Source: Planctomycetota bacterium (GTDB lineage Bacteria; Planctomycetota; UBA8108; SXIK01). From it: a stretch of DNA of 64,000 nucleotides. The notes below the pieces were generated by a model. That model was not told the DNA's origin and did not search any database. It was given only the letters and a program-made list of their open reading frames with translations. Position numbers and translations under genes: made by a program. The stretch is taken from positions 1,696,001 through 1,760,000 of the forward strand of contig CBDCXR010000004.1 of NCBI GenBank assembly GCA_965223845.1, read 5' to 3'. Every line of letters begins with the position of its first letter. Positions within the stretch are counted from its first letter, which is position 1. Below, piece after piece: positions 47,021 through 56,815 of this stretch.

Positions 47021-48349
47021 TCAGAGTGCGAGTGAAACGGGATTCTCCAGGATCGATTTGAGGTCGCGCATGAAATGCGCTGCCTGCGCGCCGTCAACCA
47101 CGCGGTGATCGCAGCTGACCGTACACTCCATCACCGAACCGGGGACCACCTTCCCGTCGTCGACGACGGGAACGTCGCGAATCGCACTGACAGCGAGAAT
47201 GCAGGTCTGTGGCGGATTAACGATCGCCGTGAAGTGTTTGACGCCGAACATCCCGAGGTTGCTGATCGTGAACGAGCCGCCCTGATACTCCTCCGGCTTC
47301 AGCTTTCTCTCTTTCGCCCGTTGAGCGAGCTCGCGGATCTCCTGGGAGAGCCGCGCGAGCCCCTTCAGATGGCACCCGCGCACGACCGGTGTGAGGAGTC
47401 CCTCGGGAAGCGCGACGGCGATGCCGATGTCGATCGACTTGTAGTAGTGAATCTTGTCGCCGGCCCACGATGAATTGAGCGTCGGGTGACGGGTGAGCGC
47501 GAGCGCGGTGGCCTTGACGACGAAGTCGTTGAAGCTCACCTTCACGCCCTCCATGCCGTTGACGTGCTCGCGCGCCCGGATCGCGTTGCGCATGTCGATC
47601 TGCATCGTGAGATAGAAATGCGGCGCGACCTGCATGCTGTGAGTGAGCCGCTCGGCGATGACCTTCCGCATGGAGGTGACCGGAACGGACTCGAAGGACT
47701 GCTCGGGAACCGCATCGAGACCGACAGGCTGGAACGGCGGGGGAGCGGTGCTCGCGAACGCGTTCGAGGCGGCCACGGCGTCGGCTCGCCGTCGAGCGAG
47801 GGCTTGCTCGACGTCTCGCTTGACGATGCGCCCTTCGGGGCCCGTCCCGGGGACTTCGGCCGGACCGAGTCCGTATTCCGCCATCATGCGAAGCGCGAGC
47901 GGGGAGGCGAGAACTCGACCGCCCGCGGGTGGCGGGGGTGGGCCTGGAGCAGCCGGCGGAGCGGGAGCAGGCGCCGGCTCTTGCGTCTGCGATGGCGCGG
48001 CCGGCGCGGGAGCGCGTGGCTCCTCCGCACGGGGAGCGCTCTCCTCCTTCGTGCCGTTCGTGGAGCTCGGTGACTTCAGGCCGGCGAGCGCCGCCTCGAT
48101 GTCCTCGTCTGCCTCTTCCGTGACGACGGCGATCGCCGCTCCGACGGGACAGGCCTCGCCCGGTGCGACGAGCAGCTTTCGGAGAAAGCCCGCGTCGTAG
48201 ACTTCGAGCTCCATGTTCGCCTTGTCGCTCTCGACCTCGGCGAGAATCTCACCGGGCTCTAGCTCATCGCCTTCGCTCTTCAGCCACGAGAGGATCTTCC
48301 CTTCCGTCATCGTGTCGCTGAGCTTCGGCATCTCGATGATGATCGCCAC
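47021..48349 (-). CDS. pdhC: Pyruvate dehydrogenase E2 dihydrolipoamide acetyltransferase
   Basis: Lipoyl domain EVESDKA, E3-binding ASPLA...GTGPEGRI, catalytic SCDHRVVDGA. Confidence 0.95.
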   Translation of the reverse strand: MAIIIEMPKLSDTMTEGKILSWLKSEGDELEPGEILAEVESDKANMELEVYDAGFLRKLLVAPGEACPVGAAIAVVTEEADEDIEAALAGLKSPSSTNGTKEESAPRAEEPRAPAPAAPSQTQEPAPAPAPPAAPGPPPPPAGGRVLASPLALRMMAEYGLGPAEVPGTGPEGRIVKRDVEQALARRRADAVAASNAFASTAPPPFQPVGLDAVPEQSFESVPVTSMRKVIAERLTHSMQVAPHFYLTMQIDMRNAIRAREHVNGMEGVKVSFNDFVVKATALALTRHPTLNSSWAGDKIHYYKSIDIGIAVALPEGLLTPVVRGCHLKGLARLSQEIRELAQRAKERKLKPEEYQGGSFTISNLGMFGVKHFTAIVNPPQTCILAVSAIRDVPVVDDGKVVPGSVMECTVSCDHRVVDGAQAAHFMRDLKSILENPVSLAL

Positions 48350-48419
48350 GCAAACTCTCCGCTAGTTCTTGGCTCGCTCTCGAGTCCCCGCGACGGCCGC
48401 TCTCGCGAGCCGGTCGAGT

Positions 48420-49400
48420 TCAGTCGAGATACATGACCTTCTTGACTGCCGCGATGCAGCGCTCCACGCTCGGAAGCACGGTCTTTTCGAGCGAGTGCGC
48501 GTAGGGCATCGGAACATCGAGCGATGTGACTCGCTCCACCGGCGCATCCAGGAATCCGAAGCACGCGCGGTAGATGCGGTCCGCGATCTCCGCCCCAACA
48601 CCGCAGAACCGGTAGTCCTCCTCGAGAACGACGACCCGATTCGTCTTCTTGACGGAGCGGTGAATCATCTCTTCATCGAGCGGCTTGATCGTCCGCGGGT
48701 CGATGATCTCCACATCGATCCCCTGATCCGAGAGCTCGTCCGCCACCTTGACCGCGAGATCTACCATCTTCGACCAGGCGATGAGGGTCACGTCGCGACC
48801 GGGTCGGCGGATGTGGCCCTGTCCGAGGGGAATCACGTACTCGCCATCTGGGACCTCCCCCTTATCGCCGTACGTCATCTCGCTTTCGAGAAAGATCACG
48901 GGATCGTCGTCGCGGATCGCGGACTTGAGGAGTCCCTTTGCGTCCTGCGCGGTCGAGTACGTCACGACTTTCAGGCCCGGAAAATGGGCGTAGACCGACT
49001 CGAAGGACTGGGAGTGCGTTGCCGCGAGCATGTGCGCGGCGCCGTTCGGGCCGCGGAAGACGATCGGGACGTGAAACTGACCGCCCGACATCATCGACAT
49101 CTTCGCGGAGTTGTTGACGATCTGGTCGAACGCCTGAGTCGCGAAATTGAACGTCATCATCTCGATGATGGGGCGAAGCCCGACCATCGCCGATCCGATC
49201 CCGACGCCGGCGAAACCACACTCCGTGATCGGCGTGTCGATGACTCGGTTTTCGCCGAAGCGCTCGAGGAGCCCTTGGCTCACCTTGTACGCGCCGTTGT
49301 AGAACGCGACCTCTTCCCCCATGAGGAAAACGTTTGGATCGCGTTCCATCTCTTCCGCCATCGCCTGATTGAGGGCTTCGCGGATCTGCAGTGTAGCCAT
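48420..49400 (-). CDS. pdhB: Pyruvate dehydrogenase E1 beta subunit
   Basis: REALNQAMAEEMERD, GEEVAFYNGAYKV, DTPITE, FRGPNG. Confidence 0.95.
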   Translation of the reverse strand: MATLQIREALNQAMAEEMERDPNVFLMGEEVAFYNGAYKVSQGLLERFGENRVIDTPITECGFAGVGIGSAMVGLRPIIEMMTFNFATQAFDQIVNNSAKMSMMSGGQFHVPIVFRGPNGAAHMLAATHSQSFESVYAHFPGLKVVTYSTAQDAKGLLKSAIRDDDPVIFLESEMTYGDKGEVPDGEYVIPLGQGHIRRPGRDVTLIAWSKMVDLAVKVADELSDQGIDVEIIDPRTIKPLDEEMIHRSVKKTNRVVVLEEDYRFCGVGAEIADRIYRACFGFLDAPVERVTSLDVPMPYAHSLEKTVLPSVERCIAAVKKVMYLD

Positions 49401-49494
49401 TTCGCTCTCGCTCGGTTCGTCGAAGCATCGGACGGCATCGCGCTCGCGCGTGAACTCGTTCGCGCTGGTTCGCGACCCCGATCGCCGTGGTGGA

Positions 49495-50544
49495 TCAGCG
49501 TCGTCCGACGTACGGGTCGTTCTTGTAGACGAAGTCGTACACGTCGTCGGGGTTCGGCTCCGGACTCTCCAAGGCGGCCTCCATCGCCGCCTTGATCTCG
49601 GCGGTGACTTCCTTGTCCAGAGCTTTCACTTCCGTTTCCGACAGGACGCCGCGCTCTTGGATGAGCGCGGATAGATTCGTGATCGGATCACGCTTTCGGT
49701 GGTCGTCCACCTCGTCCTTGGTGCGGTAATGGGAGTGAATGGGATCGGACATCGAGTGCCCGCGAAATCGGTAGGTCCGGATCTCGAGAAAGGCTGGATG
49801 TCCCTCACGCGCGCGGTCGACCGCCTTCTTGACGCCGTCGTACACCTCGAGCACATCCATGCCGTCGAGGCAGGCGTTGTCCATGTCGTAGCCGGCGGCT
49901 TTCTTGTGGAGATCGTAGACGGAGCTCGCCCGCTCGACCGGCGTCCCCATCCCGTAGCGGTTGTTCTCGCAGATATAGACGATCGGAAGTCCCCACAGAG
50001 CCGCGAGGTTGAGCGACTCATGGAAGGCGCCGTTGTTGACCGCACCCTCGCCGAAGAGGCAGAGGACGACGTTCTTTTCGGCGCGGTACTTCGCCGCGAA
50101 AGCTACGCCCGTCCCGATCGGGATATGACCTCCGACGATCGCGTGCCCGCCGAGGAAGTTCTTCTCTTTGCTGAAGAAGTGCATCGAGCCGCCTCGCCCC
50201 TTCGAGCAGCCGTCGACCCGGCCGAAGAGCTCGGCGAAGCAAGGCATCGCGTCGATCCCCGCCGCGAGGGCGAGTCCGTGGTCTCGGTAGGTCGTGAGCG
50301 AGGCGTCGCCCGGCTTGAGGGCCGCCAGGGCGCCGACCGCGACGGCTTCCTGGCCGATATAGAGGTGGCAGAATCCACCGATCTTCCCCTGGCCGTACGC
50401 CTGTGCCGCTCGCTCCTCCAGCCGGCGAATCCGGAGCATCTCGCGGAGAAACTCGATCAGCTTCTCTTTCGAGACGGGGAGGGATTTAGCCTTCTGCGCT
50501 TTCTGCGCCTTCTGCTTGCTCAACGTCTTCACCGGGGGGGCCAT
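49495..50544 (-). CDS. pdhA: Pyruvate dehydrogenase E1 alpha subunit
   Basis: KIGGFCHLYIGQEA, GRGGSMH, FGEGA...ENNRYGMGT, TYRFRGHSMSDP. Confidence 0.96.
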   Translation of the reverse strand: MAPPVKTLSKQKAQKAQKAKSLPVSKEKLIEFLREMLRIRRLEERAAQAYGQGKIGGFCHLYIGQEAVAVGALAALKPGDASLTTYRDHGLALAAGIDAMPCFAELFGRVDGCSKGRGGSMHFFSKEKNFLGGHAIVGGHIPIGTGVAFAAKYRAEKNVVLCLFGEGAVNNGAFHESLNLAALWGLPIVYICENNRYGMGTPVERASSVYDLHKKAAGYDMDNACLDGMDVLEVYDGVKKAVDRAREGHPAFLEIRTYRFRGHSMSDPIHSHYRTKDEVDDHRKRDPITNLSALIQERGVLSETEVKALDKEVTAEIKAAMEAALESPEPNPDDVYDFVYKNDPYVGRR

Positions 50545-50609
50545 CGGGGCGTTTTCCTAGTGCGGAGAAACAGCGCGGAAAACTCGTCGCGAGTTTCCGT
50601 AAGCCTTGG

Positions 50610-50638
50610 AGCATAACGACTTGCCGCTTCGCCCGCAA
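50610..50638 (-). promoter_or_regulatory. Putative sigma70 promoter of the pdh operon
   Basis: Minus strand TTGCGG-17 nt-TATGCT, about 65 nt upstream of the pdhA ATG. Confidence 0.5.
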
Positions 50639-50722
50639 GGTGCTGAGAGAGCGCCGGCGATCGAGCTCGGAAGTGCGGTGGCGAGGGCTCGAGGGCTCCG
50701 TAAGCCTTTTCTTTTAGGTTGT

Positions 50723-50872
50723 TTATGATCGCGACGGTGAGTCGGAGTTCGCCGGGCGTTCCGCGCCCTTGAGCTCAGACCGCCGGCGACGAGAACCGAG
50801 CACGAAATAGCCGATCCCCATGAGGAGGAGGGGGATCACGACCGCAGCCATCGCGAGGTAGGGGTACCACAT
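50723..50872 (-). CDS. Putative 49-aa single-TM microprotein (not in ORF track)
   Basis: Manual translation MWYPYLAMAAVVIPLLLMGIGYFVLGSRRRRSELKGAERPANSDSPSRS; AGGTGA RBS-like site upstream; TM followed by RRRR. Confidence 0.55.
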   Translation of the reverse strand: MWYPYLAMAAVVIPLLLMGIGYFVLGSRRRRSELKGAERPANSDSPSRS

Positions 50873-51023
50873 CGGAGCACGTCACCTGATTTGGTCGCCG
50901 GGACACCGATCGAGGCCCGCCAAGATGCCACGGCTCGGCGGGAGCGCAAGGGTCCGGTCACGTCATCGGGCCGAGTCGGCGGAGGGTATACTCTCTCAGC
51001 CCGTCCCTCGAGAAACCTCCGAT

Positions 51024-52346
51024 ATGCGTACTCGCCCCCAGAGATTCCCTGTCGTCCCGGCTTTCCTCGCGCTCTTGTGCGCGCTCGAGTTCTCGGCGGC
51101 GAAGCTCGTCGCGGATACGTCCGCCGAGGCGCAGCCGCGGAACATCATCCTCATGATCGGCGACGGGATGGGACTGCCGCAGATCACCTCGGGCCGGTTT
51201 CAAAAGGGCGCTCTCGCTCTCGATGACATGCCGGTCGTCGGATTTTCCGAGACGCAGAGTCTCGAGGATTTCGTGACCGACTCCGCGGCGGGCGCGACCG
51301 CCCTCGCGAGTGGGTTCCGGGTGAAGAACGGAGCGATCGCGCAGCACCCCGACGGATCTCCGACGAAAACGCTCTTCGAGTACGCGCACGAGCGCGGCAA
51401 GTGGACCGGCATCGTGGCGACTAGCCGCATCACTCACGCGACGCCGGCCTGCATGGTGACTCACGTCGCATCGCGGAACGATGAGTTCGAGATCGCCGCT
51501 CAGATCGCAGCGAGCGGGACGCACGTCATCCTCGGCGGGGGATGGGACAAGTTTCTTCCGTTTCCGCACCGGCGACTCGACGCTCCGCGCGGGAACCCGA
51601 GGGCGACGGAGGTCCTCACGCGAGCGACGAGTGCGTTAGGCCGCAAAGTCGCCGCCGCGCCGCCGGCCGGATTCGTTCACGACGGAGTGCCCTACGGCGC
51701 GCGACCCGACGGCCGCCACCTCGTCGCGGAAATGGTCGAGCGCGGCTACACCTTCGTTCGCAGCGCCCCCGAGCTCGCGGTCGCGGTCGGGCGCGGCCCG
51801 AATAAGATCATCGGTCTCTTCGACGGCGAGGCGATGCCCAAGGTGACCGAGGGACGCAGTCCCGGTCTCCAGGCGATGGCGATCGCCGCGCTGAGAACTC
51901 TGTCGCAATCGCCCGGCGGCTTCGTGCTCATGATCGAGGGATCACAGATCGACTGGGGCGGCCACGACAACGATCCGGGCTACGTCGTGCAGGAAATGGC
52001 GGACTTCGACAACACTCTCGAGTCCGTGCAGCGATTCCTCGAGAAGGCCGGAATCGCCGATGAGACTCTGATCGTTCTCACTTCGGACCACGAAACGGGA
52101 GGCCTCACCCTCACGAGGGACGAGAACTCGTCACTCGGTTGCACGCCGAAGTTCTCGACCGATTCTCACACGGGAGCCCCGGTTCCCGTCTTCTCGACCG
52201 GACCGGGATCGCGGCGCTTTCACGGCGTCCAGGATCACGCCTCGATCGGGAGAAAACTGATCCGAATCCTCGCGGGCGACGAAGTCGAGTTTCAGTATCC
52301 GATCACACACCGCCATCCCGACGGTGAGTCGACGAGCTCGCTATGA
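51024..52346 (+). CDS. phoA: Alkaline phosphatase (PhoA family)
   Basis: IGDGMG, TDSAAGATA (Ser nucleophile), THATPA, EGSQIDWGGHDND, TSDHETGG; signal peptide. Confidence 0.9.
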   Translation: MRTRPQRFPVVPAFLALLCALEFSAAKLVADTSAEAQPRNIILMIGDGMGLPQITSGRFQKGALALDDMPVVGFSETQSLEDFVTDSAAGATALASGFRVKNGAIAQHPDGSPTKTLFEYAHERGKWTGIVATSRITHATPACMVTHVASRNDEFEIAAQIAASGTHVILGGGWDKFLPFPHRRLDAPRGNPRATEVLTRATSALGRKVAAAPPAGFVHDGVPYGARPDGRHLVAEMVERGYTFVRSAPELAVAVGRGPNKIIGLFDGEAMPKVTEGRSPGLQAMAIAALRTLSQSPGGFVLMIEGSQIDWGGHDNDPGYVVQEMADFDNTLESVQRFLEKAGIADETLIVLTSDHETGGLTLTRDENSSLGCTPKFSTDSHTGAPVPVFSTGPGSRRFHGVQDHASIGRKLIRILAGDEVEFQYPITHRHPDGESTSSL

Positions 52347-52437
52347 TGTGAGCGGGAGATCCACCCGTGGGAGCACGGCGCAGTAGCCAAAGCGCCTGCC
52401 CGCTGCCTGCGCTCGTCCGAGGAACTCGAACCGTTTC

Positions 52438-53085
52438 CTAAGCGGACGTCGGTCGCCAGCGACCGCACGCGAGCGTTCCGGCGCGGAGCAGCACGGCACC
52501 GACGACGATCGACGCGAGGAATGCGAGGTGATCGGCGCTCGAACGTTCGTGAGGCACGGGGAGACGAGTGGAGCGAAACGCCGACTCGGCGTAGCGGTCG
52601 GCGTCGCGTCCCGGGGCGGAGACGGCGATGACGTAGGTCTGTTCCGCGCTGAGGACGAGAACGTTCTGGGCGTAGGCGAATCCGCGCTCGTCCACCCACT
52701 CGAGGTGGGCGCGGTACGCCGGCCGGCCGGCGTACTCGTCATAGGAGAACTGATCTAGATCGGGACCGAGATCACCCCCGAGCCTCGACTCGAGAGAATG
52801 GTGGGTGAGAGCCGCGTGCGCGCGAGAAAGGGCGGTCGCGCGGGGGAGAACGCCGACGACGAGATCCGCACGGCCGTCGGGGCTCGTCCAGCGGCGAACC
52901 GTGCTCTCGCCACGGGCGGGCGACCTCGATTCCCAGCCGTCGGGGACGGATACGGTGAGCTCTTCGAGGGTTATGTCACGCGCTTCGACCGTCGTCGTGA
53001 CGACGAGGGCTGTCACGAGGGCGATCGCTGTGCGGGCGAGGAAACTTCCGCGAGCAGGATTACGGGTTCGCTTCGAAGCGGTCAT
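52438..53085 (-). CDS. Exported hypothetical protein (PsbP/DcrB-like fold) with C-terminal TM anchor
   Basis: Signal peptide, VPDGW motif, C-terminal hydrophobic helix. Confidence 0.55.
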   Translation of the reverse strand: MTASKRTRNPARGSFLARTAIALVTALVVTTTVEARDITLEELTVSVPDGWESRSPARGESTVRRWTSPDGRADLVVGVLPRATALSRAHAALTHHSLESRLGGDLGPDLDQFSYDEYAGRPAYRAHLEWVDERGFAYAQNVLVLSAEQTYVIAVSAPGRDADRYAESAFRSTRLPVPHERSSADHLAFLASIVVGAVLLRAGTLACGRWRPTSA

Positions 53086-53412
53086 CGATTTCTCGGTCCT
53101 CGAACGCCGGTCGTTATGCGGAACGGTTGGGCCGCCGGAGGCCCCAAAACGTTCGCAACCTCCAGGAAAGTATTCCCTGGGGGCCGAGAACCGGCAAACG
53201 GTCCCGAAATCCGCCGCGGTTATCGGCGCCCGAACGACGCAAGTTCCGATCTCGCCGCATTCAGCGCAAGCTTGCTCGCCGCGCGTTTTCGGATGTTGCC
53301 GCTGATTCCGACCGAGAAGTCCTCGCCTGCGTCGAACCCCCGCTTCGAGCGAGAGTCTGAGGCGCTGAGTTCGAGGCGGGTCGGAGGCCGCCGCGCGGGC
53401 CGTCGGGTGCGT

Positions 53413-53667
53413 TCAATCTCCGACTAAGTCGGTTAGGGATTCGAGCCAGCTTCGCTTCTTGGGTTTCTCTCTCCGTTGCTCGTAGCGCCCTTCGTCGCGG
53501 GCTCTCCATGTCGAATCGTCGTCGAAGTCGCTGCGAGCGCGCGCGACGAGTCGCTCGAGTTCGCCGCGATCGAGCCACAGTCCGCGGCACTCGGGGCAAA
53601 CGTCGACGGTCACACCGTCGCGATCCCTTTCGAAGCGCTCTGCTGTGCAGCCTCGTGGACAGTTCAT
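53413..53667 (-). CDS. zf-TFIIB zinc-ribbon protein
   Basis: MNCPRGC...GVTVDVCPECRGLWLDRGELERL...KKRSWL; AAAGGAG RBS. Confidence 0.88.
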   Translation of the reverse strand: MNCPRGCTAERFERDRDGVTVDVCPECRGLWLDRGELERLVARARSDFDDDSTWRARDEGRYEQRREKPKKRSWLESLTDLVGD

Positions 53668-53733
53668 GGAAAACTCCTTTCCTTGTGAGCGGATTCCTCT
53701 AGGTGTGGTTCGGCGCCGCCGAGGCGGCCTGTG

Positions 53734-54999
53734 TCATGTACGGACCTCCGCGTGTTCCGCGTGTGGCCGGACGGTTCGATCCGTCGCTTCATCGTCTCGG
53801 GCGAGAAGGCGCTTGACGAGCAGGATGAAGAGCCCGGTGAGAGAGATATTGAGCGCGAGGGACAGGAGCGCGACGGTGAGGATCGGCCCTCCGATTCCGT
53901 AGGAGAGGGAGACGATCAGAACTCCAGCGCCCACCTCCCCGCGAGGCCACATGGCGACGCATACGGCGAGTCGCTCTTTGAGAGTGGCTTCCTTGCGGTA
54001 GCAGAAGAGCGGAAACATCTTGCCGAGATTCGAGAGCACCGTGACTGCGATGACGTGCAGCGCGATCGTTCCCCAGCCCAGCATCGGTTGAGAGCCGCTG
54101 AGAGTCTCGGCCGAGCCTGCTCCTGCGCTCAGAATCGCAGGCATGGACAGACCGACGAGCACCATGAACACCGCCGATATGATCGTCGAGACTCGCTGCT
54201 CCGACTCGCTCTCTGGTCCCTCGAGATGTCCTTCTCGAGCGTCGTCGGAATGAGGAGCATGCCCCGGTGGACGCGCCATCACACAGCCGAGCACGAAGGC
54301 GGGAAGGAGCACTTCGATGTGGATCGGGAGAGTGTCATCGAAGAGCTTGCTCCCGTGGTAAATGATCTCGGAGATCACCGTGATCACCCCGGAGTAGCCC
54401 AGCACCCACGGCCACGTAATCGGAATCCGGATTCGGTGCAGGTACTTCCAACCGAGCAGAAGGAGCACGGCCATGAACACCACGATGCCGCCGAGCTGCC
54501 AGGCGAGCCCGACCATGAGCATCTTGAGCGGGATCATGAGGAGAACGGTGTCGAGATCGTCGAAGATCGCGAGGATCCGCGTCTTTCGAAACATCCACGT
54601 CGCACTCAGACCCGCTGCGGCCAGCATCGAGAAGAGCACTCCGGCGGAGGTCGGGGCGGCGAACCGGCCGCTGAGGAGAGTTTCCTTCCACGCGTCGAAG
54701 GACTCGTACGAGCCCGCGGGAAGCATGACAAACAGGAAGTAGAGCGTGACGAAGATCCACGGAAATGCCGCGGCCGTCATGGCGACTACGTAGTCCCAGC
54801 CGTACTGCCGGAGGTTTTTCTTATCGACGTCGAACTCGTAGCCGACGTGGATCATGATGAACGCGAGCATCCACATCGTGAGCGCAGTCAGCACGTGCTT
54901 GATCGGGCCGAGGTGCTCGTCCCCGACGAGGAGCGGTAGGATCTGCGAGCCCGCGAGACCGAGAAGCAGTAGTACGGAAAATGCCGCGACCTTTTTCAC
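53734..54999 (-). CDS. Cation:proton (Na+/H+) antiporter family protein
   Basis: About 12 TM; FAAPTSAGVLFSML, ILAIFDDLD, MWPRGEVGAG; divergent from nhaR. Confidence 0.85.
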   Translation of the reverse strand: MKKVAAFSVLLLLGLAGSQILPLLVGDEHLGPIKHVLTALTMWMLAFIMIHVGYEFDVDKKNLRQYGWDYVVAMTAAAFPWIFVTLYFLFVMLPAGSYESFDAWKETLLSGRFAAPTSAGVLFSMLAAAGLSATWMFRKTRILAIFDDLDTVLLMIPLKMLMVGLAWQLGGIVVFMAVLLLLGWKYLHRIRIPITWPWVLGYSGVITVISEIIYHGSKLFDDTLPIHIEVLLPAFVLGCVMARPPGHAPHSDDAREGHLEGPESESEQRVSTIISAVFMVLVGLSMPAILSAGAGSAETLSGSQPMLGWGTIALHVIAVTVLSNLGKMFPLFCYRKEATLKERLAVCVAMWPRGEVGAGVLIVSLSYGIGGPILTVALLSLALNISLTGLFILLVKRLLARDDEATDRTVRPHAEHAEVRT

Positions 55000-55178
55000 G
55001 AGATTCCTCCGTCGTCGTTCTCGGCCGGTCCCGAGCCCGTATCGGTCCTCACGATCTTCCCCGGCTCGATGCTGCGGACAGCGCCACGGACTCGCGCGAG
55101 CGCCTTCGAGATGGTTTTTCCGAGGAGGATTCGGTCCTGGTCCGCGTTTGCTGCGGAAATGGTTTCGAATCGGTTCAT
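54996..55178 (-). CDS. Possible 60-aa leader/small protein upstream of the antiporter
   Basis: GAAGGA RBS before ATG 55178; its stop overlaps the antiporter GTG (GTGA); no recognisable domain. Confidence 0.35.
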   Translation of the reverse strand: MNRFETISAANADQDRILLGKTISKALARVRGAVRSIEPGKIVRTDTGSGPAENDDGGIS

Positions 55179-55233
55179 GGCTTTCCTTCCCATCGAATTC
55201 TGTTCTCAGGGAAGGGTAGGCGTTCGGGGACAG

Positions 55234-55278
55234 TTCGACAAATACGTATTATCGAGTTGAAGCATAGAGAAAACCGAA
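55234..55278. promoter_or_regulatory. Putative NhaR (LysR) operator in the antiporter/nhaR divergent region
   Basis: TTCGACAAATACGTA and ATAGAGAAAACCGAA LysR-type boxes 30 bp apart. Confidence 0.6.
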
Positions 55279-55291
55279 CTACGATCTCGAC

Positions 55292-56197
55292 ATGGAATGG
55301 CTCAACTATCACCACCTGCTCTATTTCTGGGTTGTTTCCCGAGAGGGGAGCATCGTCAAAGCGACGGAGAAGCTCCGCGTCGCTCAGCCGACGATCAGCG
55401 GTCAGATTCGCGAGCTGGAGAACGCTCTCGGAGAGAAGCTCTTCGAGCGCGTCGGACGGAGCTTAGCGCTCACCGAGACCGGTCGGGTCGTCCAGCGATA
55501 CGCGGACGAGATCTTTGGTCTCGGCCAGGAAATGCTCCAGACGCTCAAAGGCCAGAGTCCGACGGGCAGGCAGCTCCGTGTGACCATCGGCATCGCGGAC
55601 GTCGTCCCCAAGCTCATCGCGCATCACTTGATCGAGGCGGTTCTCGCGCTCCCGGAGGATGTGCAAGTCACTTGTCTCGAGGGGAAGCCCGAAGGACTTC
55701 TCGCGGAGCTCGCGCGGCACAATCTCGATGTCGTGATCTCCGACTCGCCGATTCCGCCGACCGTACGGGTGCGCGCGTTCAATCATGTACTCGGTGAGAG
55801 CGCCGTCACTCTGTGCGGCGTGAGAGAGCTCGCCAGAAAGTACCGGAGGGGATTTCCGCGATCCCTGAACGAAGCGCCTCTCTTGCTGCCGACCGCGAAC
55901 GCCGTCTTGCGCCGGGATGTCGAGGACTGGCTCGAGTCCGAGGGGATCACGCCGACGATACGAGGCGAGTTCGACGACAGCGCGCTGATCAAGGTTGTCG
56001 GTCAGAGTGGAGCTGGGCTCTTTTTCGTGCCGTCCATCCTCGAGCGCGAGGTCAAGAAGCGTTACGGAGTCGAAAAGGTTGGGACGGTCGAATCCATCCG
56101 TGAGCGCTTTTACGCGATCTCTGTCGAGCGCCGGTTCAAGAACCCCGCGGTCATCGCCCTTTCGGAAAAGGCGAAGACTCTGCTTCTAACGGACTGA
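55292..56197 (+). CDS. nhaR: Transcriptional activator NhaR (LysR family)
   Basis: MEWLNYHHLLYFWVV...QPTISGQIRELE; IGIADVVPKLIA; GEFDDSALIK; FYAISVERRFKNPAV. Confidence 0.92.
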   Translation: MEWLNYHHLLYFWVVSREGSIVKATEKLRVAQPTISGQIRELENALGEKLFERVGRSLALTETGRVVQRYADEIFGLGQEMLQTLKGQSPTGRQLRVTIGIADVVPKLIAHHLIEAVLALPEDVQVTCLEGKPEGLLAELARHNLDVVISDSPIPPTVRVRAFNHVLGESAVTLCGVRELARKYRRGFPRSLNEAPLLLPTANAVLRRDVEDWLESEGITPTIRGEFDDSALIKVVGQSGAGLFFVPSILEREVKKRYGVEKVGTVESIRERFYAISVERRFKNPAVIALSEKAKTLLLTD

Positions 56198-56400
56198 TCG
56201 GCGCGCTGCCGAGTGGAACCTTCCCGACTCGACTCGGCAGCACGCGCGTGAGGGTCGCAACCCGCGGGAGTTACCCGGTGCGGTCGGGAACATATGCCGC
56301 GAGCCCGATGGTGGAATTGCGCGGAGCAGTCCTACCGGATCTCGGATCGACCTGCCCGCGGGCGCGACGAACGAGTGGGGAACCCGCAGTCGTCCACTCG

Positions 56401-56751
56401 CTACACTCCGATCGGCTGGAGCCCTCTCAAGCCGGCGCTGATTCGTCGGGCCCTAAATTTCCCGAGTTGTCGTGAGACCGCGCGCTTCGCTCGCTCAGCC
56501 GCAAAGTCGATCGCCTCGCGGGCACTCGCGGCGATGCCGGAGATCGCGATGGGATCGCCTCGCCGCAGAGTGATGACGAGACGGACGTATTTGTCGACTC
56601 CGCCGCGCGGACCGTTGACGTCATCGAGAGTCAGCGCGACGCGGAGCACTCGATTGGCGAAACGTCCGACGGCGAACCGCAGTTGCCTTTGAGCGTATTC
56701 TCGGTCGCTGGGGGTGAGGACGCTGCGGCGACTGGTGAGGACGAGTTCCAT
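56401..56751 (-). CDS. HPF/RaiA family ribosome-associated protein (short form)
   Basis: REYAQRQLRFAVGRF...LDDVNGPRGGVDK...AIDFAAERAKRAV; AAAGGAGG RBS. Confidence 0.85.
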   Translation of the reverse strand: MELVLTSRRSVLTPSDREYAQRQLRFAVGRFANRVLRVALTLDDVNGPRGGVDKYVRLVITLRRGDPIAISGIAASAREAIDFAAERAKRAVSRQLGKFRARRISAGLRGLQPIGV

Positions 56752-56815
56752 GTCATTTCCTCCTTTGGCGTGACTAGGTCTGTCTTTCACTTCGAGCATC
56801 GGGCGGAAACGACAA

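Noticed and set aside
50491-50515. 9-bp repeat encoding QKAQKAQK at the PdhA N-terminus
   Set aside because: Trivial low-complexity linker.
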